DNA of 64,000 nucleotides from an uncultured virus (IMG/VR IMGVR_UViG_3300025168_000002) (taxonomy: Duplodnaviria > Heunggongvirae > Uroviricota > Caudoviricetes > Crassvirales), in IMG/VR virus record IMGVR_UViG_3300025168_000002. The stretch is one strand, 5' to 3'. The notes beneath the pieces were generated by a model. That model made no database searches. It was given only the letters and a program-made list of their open reading frames with translations, and was not told the DNA's origin. A program made the position numbers and the translations under genes. Position 1 is the first letter of the stretch. Each line of letters starts with the position of its first letter. Below, in pieces: positions 23,956-35,800 of the stretch.

Positions 23956-26337
23956 ATGCAAATAACAATTTTTAAAGACATAAAAGACACATCACAACCA
24001 TTTTACAGAAATGTTATGGTAGTGCTGGAAAGAATAGAGCAAGGGAACTCAAAAGATATAGTAAAAAAAATAAGACTTACAAAAAACAAAGAAGAAAGAA
24101 ACGATTTAAAAAAACAATTACCAGCAATATGTTTTAGCGGAAACTTTACTAAAAGAAACGACGCCTCTCTAACAGAGCATAGCGGCTTAATTTGTTTAGA
24201 TTTTGACGGATACAAATCAAGTAAAGATTTGCTCCAGGAAAAAGAAAAATTAACTAAAAATAAATTTGTTTTTTCTGTTTTTATATCTCCTAGTGGTAAA
24301 GGTTTAAAAGTTTTAGTTAAAGTTCCAAAAGACGTAGATAACCATAAAAATTATTTCTCATCATTAAACAAATATTTTAATTCACCATACTTTGACACAA
24401 CCTCAAAAAATGTTTCTAGAGTCTGTTACGAGTCTTATGATCCTTTAGTTCATATAAATTTGACGTCAAGCCTTTGGGATAAAATAGAGGAAGTGGAGTT
24501 TGTTGAATTAAACAAGTATAAAGACAAGCCAACAATACCTGTTACAGATGAAAATAAAATTGTAGATATTCTTATGAAGTGGTGGGAGAATAAATATGGG
24601 CTGGTAAACGGAGAGAGAAATAATAATGTTTTTATTTTAGCATCAGCCTTTAATGATTTTGGAGTTCCTAAAAATTTAGCTGAATATGTTATGGGTAATT
24701 TTGATTCAAAAGATTTTAATATAAACGAAATTAGAAGAACAATAAATTCCGCATACGCACAAGTTCAAAATTTTGGAACTAAGTATTATGAAGATCAAGA
24801 CAGGGTAAACCTGGTAAAACAACAACTCAGGCGTGGCGTCTCAAAAAAAGAGATCCGATGTCAATTAGAGGACGAAAAAATTGATATCGGTGACATAGAA
24901 AACGTTATAGTAAGAATAGAGGAAGAGCAAACTAATCATAAGTTTTGGACTAAAAATGAAAAAGGAGTAATAAAAATAGTACATATATTATTTAAGAACT
25001 ACCTGGAAGACAATGGTTTTTATAAGTTTAGCCCAGAGGGTAGTAAAAATTATGTATTCGTTAGAGTAACCAACAATTTAATAGATCATACGTCTGAAAA
25101 AGAAATCAAAGATTTTGTTTTAAATTATTTACTTACAGTTGATGATCTTTCTGTCTACAATTATTTTGCTGAACAAACTAGATATTTTAGGGAAGAGTTT
25201 CTAACATTAATGGCTTCAATAAATGTTTTTTTTATAGCCGACACTAAAGACGTAGCATACTTGTACTATATGAATTGTGCTGTTAAAATTACAAAAACTG
25301 ATATTATACTAATTGATTATTTAGATTTAGGTGGTTATGTATGGAGAGATCATGTTATAGATAGGACTTTTACTTTATGTAAAGTGGGTAGTTGCGATTA
25401 TAAAGTTTTTATTTCAAATATTTGTGGCGAAGACGATAGCCGAGTAAACTCTATGGAGTCTACCATTGGTTATTTGCTGCATGGTTGGAAAAATTTATCA
25501 TACTGTCCAGCTGTTATACTTAATGATGAAATTATATCAGACAATCCTGAGGGTGGTACTGGTAAGGGGTTGTTTATGAACGCATTAGCTAAAATGAAGA
25601 AATGTGTAACCATAGACGGAAAGAGTTTTACGTTTGAAAGATCATTTGCATATCAATTAGTTTCGGCTGATACACAAATATTGTGTTTTGATGATGTAAA
25701 GAAATCTTTTGATTTTGAAAGATTATTTAGCATAATAACAGAGGGGATAACGCTTGAGCGTAAAAACAAGGATGCAGTGAAAATTCCTTTTAGTAAATCT
25801 CCTAAAGTTTCTTTAACAACAAATTATGCTTTAAAAGGAAAGGGATCTTCTTTTGAAAGAAGAAAGTGGGATCTTGAATTAGCACATTTTTACACGAAAG
25901 ACTTTACTCCTTTGGTAGAGTTTGGAAAACTTATGTTTGGAGAGTGGGACGATACTGAATGGTGTCAGTTTGATAATTATATGATGACTAACTTGCAGTT
26001 ATATCTTAACAATGGATTAATTAAGGGTAATTTTGTAAACAAAAAAATAAAAGATTTGTCTAGCGAGACTTGTCATGAATTTATAGAGTGGTGCGGTTTA
26101 GTAGGAGACTCACAGATAAATGAAAAAATTAAACCAAATAGCAGAATGTATAAGCAAGACTTGTATGATGAGTTTATTAGCGAATATCCTGATTTCGCTC
26201 CTAAATCAAAGTTTACCGTCCCCCGCAGAAGGTTTTATAATTGGATAAAGGCTTACTCGGCTTACGAATACAATAGTTTACCCGAAGAGGGTAGAGATTT
26301 AGGCGGTAGATATTTTATGTTTAAAACTAATGATTAA
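23956..26337 (+). CDS. Primase-helicase (BT4734/VirE_N-type primase + PriCT-like domain + P-loop helicase)
   Basis: LKKQLPAICFSG, HSGLICLDFD, FISPSGKGLKV, SRVCYESYDP; GERNNNVFILA; Walker A EGGTGKGL and Walker B ILCFDD. Confidence 0.85.
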   Translation: MQITIFKDIKDTSQPFYRNVMVVLERIEQGNSKDIVKKIRLTKNKEERNDLKKQLPAICFSGNFTKRNDASLTEHSGLICLDFDGYKSSKDLLQEKEKLTKNKFVFSVFISPSGKGLKVLVKVPKDVDNHKNYFSSLNKYFNSPYFDTTSKNVSRVCYESYDPLVHINLTSSLWDKIEEVEFVELNKYKDKPTIPVTDENKIVDILMKWWENKYGLVNGERNNNVFILASAFNDFGVPKNLAEYVMGNFDSKDFNINEIRRTINSAYAQVQNFGTKYYEDQDRVNLVKQQLRRGVSKKEIRCQLEDEKIDIGDIENVIVRIEEEQTNHKFWTKNEKGVIKIVHILFKNYLEDNGFYKFSPEGSKNYVFVRVTNNLIDHTSEKEIKDFVLNYLLTVDDLSVYNYFAEQTRYFREEFLTLMASINVFFIADTKDVAYLYYMNCAVKITKTDIILIDYLDLGGYVWRDHVIDRTFTLCKVGSCDYKVFISNICGEDDSRVNSMESTIGYLLHGWKNLSYCPAVILNDEIISDNPEGGTGKGLFMNALAKMKKCVTIDGKSFTFERSFAYQLVSADTQILCFDDVKKSFDFERLFSIITEGITLERKNKDAVKIPFSKSPKVSLTTNYALKGKGSSFERRKWDLELAHFYTKDFTPLVEFGKLMFGEWDDTEWCQFDNYMMTNLQLYLNNGLIKGNFVNKKIKDLSSETCHEFIEWCGLVGDSQINEKIKPNSRMYKQDLYDEFISEYPDFAPKSKFTVPRRRFYNWIKAYSAYEYNSLPEEGRDLGGRYFMFKTND

Positions 26338-27562
26338 GTTTAGAGAATATCAATCTGAAATTATAGAGAAATCTTTAAATATTTTAAACTTAAATCGTTT
26401 CGTTTATTTAGCTATGGAGGTTAGAACAGGTAAAACTCTTACAAGTCTGGGGATAGCTAGTCGTCTTAGTGTCTCTTCTGTTTTGTTTATAACAAAGAAA
26501 AAAGCCATATCAAGTATAGTAGATGATCATAATTTATTAAAACCAGGGTATGATTTGACTGTAATTAATTACGAAAGTATTCATAAATTACCTAAAAACA
26601 AATGGGGTTTAGTAGTGTGTGATGAGGCTCATTCTATGGGTGCATTTCCTAAGCCAAGTAAAAGAGCAAGGCAAGTTAAAGAATTAATTATGTATTGTAA
26701 TCCTTATGTAATATTGTTGTCTGGAACTCCAACTCCTGAATCTTTTAGCCAAATGTTTCATCAAGTTTATGGTATACCTGGTAATCCTTTTTCTAATTGT
26801 AAAAACTTTTACGCTTTTGCAAAGTCTTATGTTGATGTAAAGCAAAGAAAAATTAATAGTATGTTTATTAATGATTACTCAAGGGGTACCGACAAGATAT
26901 TACAAAAAATAAACCCTTACATTATTAATTATACGCAAAAATTGGCAGGCTTTAAAACAAAAACAACTGAAAAAGTGTTATATGTAGATTTAAAAAAATC
27001 AACTATAAAAATTATAAATCAGTTAAAAAAAGACAGAGTTATAGAAGGTAAAGAAGAATTATTATTAGCAGACACACCAGCTAAACTTATGATTAAAACA
27101 CATCAACTTTGTTCTGGAACAATCAAATTTGAAAGCGGTAACTCAATAATTTTAGACTACTCAAAAGCAGAGTTTATACTAAATAAATTTAAACGTCAAA
27201 AAATAGCAATTTTTTATAAGTTTACCCAGGAATATAATGCTTTAAAAGAGATCTACAAAGACTTAATTACTAATGACTTAGAAGAGTTTAAAAACTCTAA
27301 CAAAAGTATTGCGTTGCAAATAGTATCAGGAAGAGAGGGGATAAGTTTAAAAGAAGCTAATGCATTGGTTTATTATAATATAGATTTTTCAGCTACATCA
27401 TACTGGCAAAGCAGAGACAGAATGACTACTAAAAATAGACTCGTTAATAATGTTTATTGGATTTTTAGCAGAGACGGAATTGAAAAAGATATATACAAAG
27501 CGGTGGTTAAAAAGAAAGATTACACCCTTGCTCATTTTAAAAGAGATTTGTTAGATTTGTAA
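26330..27562 (+). CDS. Superfamily 2 (SNF2-like) helicase
   Basis: FREYQ, MEVRTGKT, CDEAH, LLSGTP, SGREGISL, QSRDR. Confidence 0.9.
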   Translation: MIKFREYQSEIIEKSLNILNLNRFVYLAMEVRTGKTLTSLGIASRLSVSSVLFITKKKAISSIVDDHNLLKPGYDLTVINYESIHKLPKNKWGLVVCDEAHSMGAFPKPSKRARQVKELIMYCNPYVILLSGTPTPESFSQMFHQVYGIPGNPFSNCKNFYAFAKSYVDVKQRKINSMFINDYSRGTDKILQKINPYIINYTQKLAGFKTKTTEKVLYVDLKKSTIKIINQLKKDRVIEGKEELLLADTPAKLMIKTHQLCSGTIKFESGNSIILDYSKAEFILNKFKRQKIAIFYKFTQEYNALKEIYKDLITNDLEEFKNSNKSIALQIVSGREGISLKEANALVYYNIDFSATSYWQSRDRMTTKNRLVNNVYWIFSRDGIEKDIYKAVVKKKDYTLAHFKRDLLDL

Positions 27563-27563
27563 T

Positions 27564-27803
27564 ATGACAGAGCAAAAAATTCAAGAAAAAAGAATTGGAG
27601 AGCTGGAGGCAAAAGGATATTTTGTTATTAAATTAACTTTGACAAATAAAAATGGTATACCAGATTTACTGGCCATACCCCCTGGCTCTGACGTTTTGTT
27701 TTCTGAAATAAAAAAACCTGATGGAAAACTTTCCAGGTTACAAGAGTTTAGACTAAAACAGTTAAATGATCATGGATGTAAGACAGAAGTATATAGAGGC
27801 TAA
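27564..27803 (+). CDS. VRR-NUC nuclease
   Basis: MTEQKIQ...NGIPDLL...FSEIKKPDGKLSRLQ. Confidence 0.85.
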   Translation: MTEQKIQEKRIGELEAKGYFVIKLTLTNKNGIPDLLAIPPGSDVLFSEIKKPDGKLSRLQEFRLKQLNDHGCKTEVYRG

Positions 27804-28107
27804 GGGTTATGATGTGGAAGATTATTTCATGGATAACCTTTCTGAATTAGATCTTTACACCGCTCTTAAAATTGCAACTTTTATAGAAAAAAATTTACAA
27901 AGCATACCAGTTACAAGGCTAGGATCTGTAGTTTTGGGAGGTTGCGTTGTTCATACCGTTGGAGATCCTATAACTTTTGTGATAGAAATGGTTCGTAAAA
28001 AAAACTGCTACACTACCTTAACAGACATAGCTTTAATATCTATGGATGAGTATTTAGATTTGATGCTGTTAAATTGTTATATAAAAAATTCTGAAAAATT
28101 AGGATAA
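27766..28107 (+). CDS. Hypothetical protein
   Basis: 113 aa; exact start uncertain. Confidence 0.6.
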   Translation: MIMDVRQKYIEAKGYDVEDYFMDNLSELDLYTALKIATFIEKNLQSIPVTRLGSVVLGGCVVHTVGDPITFVIEMVRKKNCYTTLTDIALISMDEYLDLMLLNCYIKNSEKLG

Positions 28108-28145
28108 GTCGTTATTTTTTTTATATTTGATAAAACCAAGTATAA

Positions 28146-28337
28146 ATGCCAAGAGTAGCCCCTGAAGACGTCTCAACTATTAGTCATATTAATTATGTAA
28201 CAACTAATATACACACCTTTGGAGACGAGCTATATGAGGACTTAATGGAGAGAGAGCATGATGCTGCGAAAAAAAGAGCACAAAAACTAATAAAAGTTTT
28301 GGCTGATTTAATTCAATCCCTTTCTGATGAAATCTAA
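28146..28337 (+). CDS. Hypothetical protein
   Basis: 63 aa; promoter TATATTTG at 28122-28129. Confidence 0.65.
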   Translation: MPRVAPEDVSTISHINYVTTNIHTFGDELYEDLMEREHDAAKKRAQKLIKVLADLIQSLSDEI

Positions 28338-29430
28338 CAAAGAGTACGGCAAAAGATTAAGACTTTCTCCCGAAGAAGTTGATTATATATTACAAAAAAG
28401 AGCTACTAATTTAGATAATATAAATAATAATTCAGCTTTAGATGTGCACTGTGAGGAGCGAGGTATAGATAAAAAAGATATAGTTAGTGTTAAACACTGG
28501 CAAAGCGGTAGCGGAGACTATCGGTTCTCAATAGTTACCAAAGAAAACTTAGGGTTAGACGAAGAGCAAATATTTGGTAAAGTAAATGATTTTATTTCAA
28601 ATTACTCTCCTGATTACATTCCTTTAAAAACTACAAGAGAAAGAAAAAACGCTCATCTTTTAGTAATAAATCCAGCTGATATACACATTGGTAAATATGC
28701 TGACGAAAAAGAAACTAACCAGGATTACAATAATGATATTGCTGTAGCAAGGGTTATAGAGGGCGTTAAAGGACTTATAGATAAGGCTAAAGGGTTTGAT
28801 ATAGATAGGGTTTTATTTTGTATAGGAAACGATGTACTCCATATTGACAACGTATACTCAACTACCACTAAAGGGACATATCAAGACACTGACGGCAAAT
28901 GGTGGCAACACTACGAAATAGCACTAATGTTATACGTTAAATGTGTAGAAATGCTAAGAAAGATTGCTCCAGTAGACGTTCTTCATAGCATGAGTAATCA
29001 TGACTACCAGTCTGGATACCACCTGGCTCATACTTTAAAAAGTTGGTTTAGAAAAGCGGCTGATGTTACTTTTGATATTAGCGTGGCTCATCGTAAGTAT
29101 TACAAGTATGGAACGAATTTGCTAGGCCTGGAGCATGGAGACGGGGCAAAGATGGTAAATTTACCCTTGTTGATGGCACAAGAGAAACCATTACTCTGGT
29201 CAGAAACTACTCATAGGTATTGGTACTTACATCATATTCATCACAAAGTAAAACACAAATGGTTAGACGCTAAAGATTATATTGGCGTTACTGTTGAATA
29301 CATGAGAAGTCCGTCGTCTGCTGATAGTTGGCATTCAAGAAAAGGCTTTACTGGAGCACCATTAGCCTGTGAAGGATTTATTCATAGTAGACTAACAGGT
29401 CAGGTAGCTCGTTTAACGCATTACTTTTGA
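28327..29430 (+). CDS. Calcineurin-like metallophosphoesterase
   Basis: ADIHIGK, GNDVLH, SNHD, EHGDG, HHIHH. Confidence 0.85.
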   Translation: MKSNKEYGKRLRLSPEEVDYILQKRATNLDNINNNSALDVHCEERGIDKKDIVSVKHWQSGSGDYRFSIVTKENLGLDEEQIFGKVNDFISNYSPDYIPLKTTRERKNAHLLVINPADIHIGKYADEKETNQDYNNDIAVARVIEGVKGLIDKAKGFDIDRVLFCIGNDVLHIDNVYSTTTKGTYQDTDGKWWQHYEIALMLYVKCVEMLRKIAPVDVLHSMSNHDYQSGYHLAHTLKSWFRKAADVTFDISVAHRKYYKYGTNLLGLEHGDGAKMVNLPLLMAQEKPLLWSETTHRYWYLHHIHHKVKHKWLDAKDYIGVTVEYMRSPSSADSWHSRKGFTGAPLACEGFIHSRLTGQVARLTHYF

Positions 29431-29570
29431 AAACTTATTTAATAAAATATACTTTAAGGGACGGTAAAAAAGAAACTGTTACGCTAGAGACTAACGATCT
29501 ATTTAACACATTGTTTCAATACGAAAGAAATAGAGATGTTGCTAGCTGGGACTTAATACAATTAATTTAA
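29427..29570 (+). CDS. 47-aa hypothetical protein, last gene of the plus arm
   Basis: TTG start; MKTYLIKYTLRDGKKETVTLETNDLFNTLFQYERNRDVASWDLIQLI. Confidence 0.5.
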   Translation: MKTYLIKYTLRDGKKETVTLETNDLFNTLFQYERNRDVASWDLIQLI

Positions 29571-29810
29571 AATCTTCATATTAACCAGCTCTTTTATTTC
29601 TAAAATTTCTGCACATTTTTCGTATTCTTCTGTGTATATAAAGTAATCAATAAGAGTATCGTAAAGTGGATCGTTAGGAGCAAAGGTACTTTTCTTTGGA
29701 TCGTGAAGAAAATAAAGCTCATCTTCTTCGTTTAAAAAGTCATTAACAGTTTTTTTTCCAGTTACAATATAATATGTATTGTTCATACATTTGTCTTCGT
29801 CAAATATCAT
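29562..29810 (-). CDS. Hypothetical protein with UVR-like C-terminus
   Basis: LIDYFIYTEEYEKCAEI. Confidence 0.65.
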   Translation of the reverse strand: MIFDEDKCMNNTYYIVTGKKTVNDFLNEEDELYFLHDPKKSTFAPNDPLYDTLIDYFIYTEEYEKCAEILEIKELVNMKILN

Positions 29811-32800
29811 CTTCTAGGTTTTTTCGGTTTTGAAGGTTTTGATTTTCTAGGGTTGTCCTTTCTCCATTTTCTTTTGTTTCTTATATATTCCTGATACTTT
29901 GTTAAATCTCTGTTGTATTTTTCTGATCTCTTTTTAAATATGTAATTTTTATATGTATTAGGGTTGTTTCTTTTTAGTTTTTTTAGCTCATCTTTTGTAT
30001 AGGTAACATCATTTTTACCCATATCTTTATATATATCCTTAATAAGTAATTCTCTAACATCTTTATATAAAGGAACCATACCTACATTACCAAGTATTTC
30101 AATAGGAACTCTTTCAGTCTTTTCTCTTTTTTGTCTTTCTCTACTTTCAGCTTCTTTAAAATCTTTTTCACTATATTTTTTTATACCAAAAAGTACAGAA
30201 TTTGCTAGGGGAGTGTACGCCCCTAAAAAACTTGTAAGAAACTTGTCTCCATCAGCCGCATTACCTAACACATCGTATTGAATTGCGTCTCTATAACGAT
30301 CATATTCTCCGTCTCTTAAATCTTGACCAAAACCTTCATTACCTAGTTCTATAAAATATGCTTGTGCAGCTCTATTTAAGTTACCAAAGTTTCTTCCTAA
30401 AAATAAACTTGTAAAGGAAGTTGCAAGAGACTGGGCTAGTTGCTGCTCTATTGCTTTAGGATCTTCATCCTCATCATCCAGGCCTAACGCATCAAACAAT
30501 GCGTCATTCATTACCTTTAATACAAAAGTATAAGCTGTCATTCTTAAACTAACTGCGGCTAAAAGTTGTGCTCCTTGACCTCTTGTTCTATCTCCTTTAC
30601 CCATTAACTCATAAGTACCTTGACGAGCTGATATAAATTCTTGTTTCAAGAAGTTTAACATAAAACTATTATAATTAGCAAAAACTGCTCCAAGAACTGT
30701 TTTAGGATTAGCATCTTTTATAGACCTCATAAAAGGATTGTCAGAAGACCCAACAGTATTAGTCCATCTATCAGCGGCGTCAGTTGATGCGTCTAAAGCA
30801 TCTTTGTTTTCTGTCATATAAACCTCATCATTAGCTTCAATTTTTGTCCAATCAGGGTTTTTACCAGTTTCTTTTTTAAAAGTGTTTGCAAAAGTAGCTT
30901 TCCAGAATGGCTGAGTAATCATCTTATCAGGTGCACTAATAATAGAGTCTGCTATTATAGCAACACCTTTACCCCAGTTTTTTCCAGACAACCTCCATAT
31001 TTGCATAATCTTGTTACCCATTTTACTACTTAAAGTGTCTGCTGCTGTTTCTCTAGTGTTTAATAAACCAGTGTCAATTTTAGAAGAATTTAATCCTGAT
31101 CCTGTTACCCTTGTTGTTACTGAAGATCCTAAGTTCTTCATTATAGTAGATAAAGAAGTGGCATTTGGAAGACTATTTGCTTTGCTAATACCTTGAGCAA
31201 AAAGAACAGGGTGTGTAATGGCAAATTGCATATTGGCTATAACCTCAGCACTAAATCTTTTCGCACCAGCCAGCATAGTTCTGTAACCTAGTTTTTGTAT
31301 ATTACTTACAATTTCATCTGCAAAAGTATTATCTGTGTAGCTATCTACCAATACATTATTAATAACTTCTTTTTGAGCGTCAGCTAACGCTGTCAATATT
31401 CTTTGAGTGTTTTCATTAACACCAGCAGGATTTTTTTCATTTACTGTACTTATTAATTTATTTACAGCGTAGTTAGACTCCTTAACACCGTCAGTCATAT
31501 AATAATCTAAATTGGTAAACTTAGAACCTCTTGCTGAGGCCTGGAAAGAATCCCAGTATATAGGACTAACAGCTCCTGTACGCTCTATACCAGCTTTAGA
31601 CTTTGTAGAAGGCCTGTTAACAGACGAAGAACTCATAAAGTTTTCTATAATATCTTTGTTGGGATCAGAAACCTTATCGCTTATACTAGGTTTAACAGCA
31701 ATATGAACATAATTTACTCTAGGGATAAAACCTTCCCCCCTTCTTTCTGCTGCAAATTGAGCCTTCTCCTGGTTTTTAGTATCTATGTCTTGTAAAATTT
31801 TTAATGCTTCTTTTTCTCTTTTGCTAAAACTATCAAAAAGTTTATCATTATTCAACTCTCCGTCTTCAACAAAATCTTCTTGTAATTTTTTTAATAAATT
31901 TAATACTCTTTTGTCTGGATTCTCTGTTCCTTTCTCATAATCTCTTATACTCTCATCAAGCCACTTATCAGCACTTTGTAATTTTTTATCTCGCAACTCT
32001 GGATTAGAGATGTATTCTAACTGAATACGGTAAAGCATTTGCTTATATTTAGACTCAATAATTTTGTTTGGATTTTTCAAAAACTGTCTATTTAAAAGTT
32101 TAGCCGCCTTTTCTCTTAAGTTTCCATCCTGCTGGTTTGCAGTCTTAAAAGAGGAATAAGCTTTAGCCATAGGTTTAAATAGTGAATTATAAAGATCCAT
32201 AGATCCAAAATTATTTAACAACTGATCAATACCATATAAGGTGTTTCTTTTTATAGCGTTTAAAGCGAAGTTGTCTTTCTTGTTGAACAAAGACGTAACT
32301 TTTGCGTATAATTTTGAAACGCTTAGAAAATCAAATTTGCTAAATTTATCAGCCACTTTAGCCACATTTTTATTAGCATTTAGTTTTGAACTTAAGTTAC
32401 TGATTAATGAAACTGGCATATAACCTTTATTCAAAGAGTCTACTGTTCGTATAATTAATTTTAAATCATCCACAGACATTCCTTCTAAAGCCGATATATC
32501 TTTTATTAATTTATTAAAGGCATAAGCTGCTCTTCGTGATATTTCAGAAGGAAAACTTTTAGGGCTTGCTGGGGCAGTTCTGTCGTTATCTACTTTAATA
32601 TTATCAATCTCATTAATTAAAACCTTTTTTTCTTCAGCTATTTCTTCTTCTGTTTTAGGTTGAGCATCTGGCTTACTATTAATGTCTTTTTTATATTTTT
32701 TCATCAAAGCGGCATCCTCCTCTGTAATAATATTTTCTTTAAGCATTTTAGCTATGGTGTCTAAATAATTAACCTTACCGTTTTTATATAATACTTTTCC

Positions 32801-35800
32801 CTCAAAATTATTAAAAGCCTGAGTAAGCTGTGGAAGAGTTTGTTCCTGTTCTGCTACAGCTGCTAATACCTCTTGAACTTTTTCAGCCATAATTCCAGCC
32901 TCCTCTACATTATCAAAAGCTTTAGTACGCTGCCCTATTTGTTCTATAATAGATTTATAAGTTTTATATACTTTATTTGGAATAACAGATGGGTCTATAT
33001 TTACCAATGATGATAATTGTTCTTCTAACGATATAGTTGCACCATCTTCTTTACCAGCTAACATTCTACCTATAAGTTTCTTAATATTTTTTCCAGCTTG
33101 TGCCGCTAATTTTCTTAATGTTTTTTGTTCTGACTTTTCAGATATCTCACTTAATACTTTCTTTATATAATTAACAGTTTTGTCTTTTGATTTTTCATTG
33201 TCAAACGAAGTTTTTTCAATTTGATCCATAATTAAAGACATTTGTTTAAAAGAAATTTTATCGTCTTCTCTTAATGTTTTTAGATAATCTCTTATAGATT
33301 TAAATCCTTTTGAAAAATCCATATCAGTTAAACGCTTAAATATAGTTTCGGATATTTCGTTTTGCAACTCTACATTTTCCCTTTCTTTGTCTTTTAATTT
33401 AGCCTCCTCTTGAGCAACCTGGCTTTGTGTTGAGTCTACCTTTTTGTTTATTGCCGCTTTTACATTTGATTTTGTTGGCCTTACTCCTGCAACCTTCTTA
33501 AACCTGTCTTTTAAAGCATTGAGAATAGCTCTAGGATTTCTTTTTGGTTCTTTCTCAGAAAGAATATAATCAAAGTATTCATCTAATACATCCTGAAAAG
33601 TTTGCCCACTTTCCTCAGCAATATTTTCTATCATATTATCAAAACCTTCTCCACCCATATTTGTTTCTCTACCTAACGAATCTTTAACAGGCTTGCTAAT
33701 AAATTTCCACGTTCTACTTCTTTTATCTTTAGGAAGATTATTTTTGTCATTATACCTAGCAAAATCAGCTTCTGAAATTGTACCACGGTAAGTTCTAGAG
33801 TCTTCGTTTTTTTGATCTTCTTGTGACTGTTCCTTTTTGTCTTTAGATCTTTCTTCTTCTTGCTCTATAGCTTCAGCTATCTCTCTTATATTTTCGCTAT
33901 TTTCTGCTATATCTTCATTATAATTATCCTCTGTCATACTAGGATTAGCATCAACTTTTTTACCGTCATCTACACTAGTATCTTCAATTATTTGTTTTTC
34001 AGCTTTAGCTAATTTTCTACCTGTAAGAGGTTTTCCTTCTTTGTCATTTATAGAAACAACATCTCCAGCGTCATCTTTAACTATTGTGTAATTACGAACA
34101 GCATCTTTTATTTTCGTCTTCTTCTCGTCATCAACGACCTCCTTTGGCGACTTGTCTTTGTTGGGGTTTTTCTTTCCTTTCTCATTGGGAGCGACTGTAG
34201 GGAGTCCGTCTCCATCTCCCATTTCTGGGCTATCTTCGGCAGGTTTTGGTGCATCCACTTTCTCTGTGCTTGACTCTTGAACGGCATCGGTTTTTTCGTT
34301 TAATTGGGTTAATCTATCTTGTCTTTTATCTTCTACAGCTTGATATGCGGCTTCTCTTTCTTCGGTATTCATACCCTCTTTTTCCGTCATCTTGTACTCC
34401 TTACCTTCATCTTTCAGTTTTTGATTTTCTTCATCCACCTCATAGTATTCATCATCTAAAGCATCTATCTCATTTTCATAATCAGTTTCTATTTCGTCAT
34501 TTAAAGCATCTTTCTCATCCTGAGTTAATAGGTTTTCTGTAGTAACACCACTCAATTCTTCTATTTCAGCTTTAATTTCTTTAAGTCTTTTTTTGCCCGC
34601 CTCTGTGTCGTTTCCTATAAATTTATTTTTCTCTAACTCTAAATCAACAAGCTTATCTAAAATTGCTGGATTATCTACCCCAGCTTCTTTTAACTTTGCT
34701 TTAATATCTTCTCCAGCTATAAGACGCATTTTTCTTTTATCATACGCTTCCTTTAAAATTGGATCATTGTCAATCTTTATATCCATTCCCATAAAAGCTT
34801 CATCACTAGAATCATAAATAGCTTCTGCCATCAATCCAGAATCTACATTTTCTCCTTTTATTTTATACTCAGCTACTTTCCCCCTATACTTAGTTATTGC
34901 ATAAGTTAACGGCGTCTTACCTAAACCTCCAATAGTTTCAAAACCTATCTCTCTAACATCTAAAGCGTCTACACCTTCTGTTGCTAAAATGGCAGCTGTT
35001 TCTCCTGTACCCCCACCTATAGCATCTGCTGCTCCTGTTATAATTTTACGTCTAGTAGTAGAGGCTCCAGCTTTTGCAGCCCTCTTTACTAGGGTACTTC
35101 CTGCTCCTGCCGCTAACGCATCTATAGTACCAATTATTCCTCCTCTTCCTAATGAGTTTAATCTAATACTTGATAAAGCTTCTTCATTATTTAAAATTTT
35201 TACTATATTTTCCTCATTCATTTCTAAACCTCTGTCATCTAATTCTTTTTGCAAGAATTGAGCAAACGACAATCCTGTTTCTAACGCACCACCAGCTGCA
35301 CCAAAAGCTAATCTTAATGTAGTTGGATTAAACGCTGCTCCTAACGCTACAGGGACAGCACCCACACCCCCACCTAAAGCCCCTACGGCTGCTCCTCCTG
35401 CTGCGGCTGTACCTATAACCGTACCAGCAGCTCCTAATGAAGCAGGGTTAACCATTTGAGTAATAGTCTCTGCTGCTAATTGAAAAATTACACTTGGGTT
35501 AGCGGCCATACCTTGCAAAAAACCAATAGCTTTATTTTCAGAATTATCATAAATATTATTAAAGTTAGCCATTTCATCTGTCTGCCCGTTAGCATTTAGT
35601 GCTGCCTGTGCAGCTAAGAAATCTTGTATATCTTCCGATGTAGCATCAGCACCATCATAAAGCAACTCTAGCCCTTCATCAGCGGTATTACCCTGAATAA
35701 ATCCTGACTTACCAGCTCTATATATATCTCCAATAAAATCAGTAACTGAGTTTTTACCCACCAACTCTTCAAGCATGGTATCTTTTTCTTGAGACCCCCT

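Noticed and set aside
14700..24000. GATC enrichment in the early region
   Set aside because: About 30 sites by eye versus roughly 24 expected from composition; not convincing without computation.
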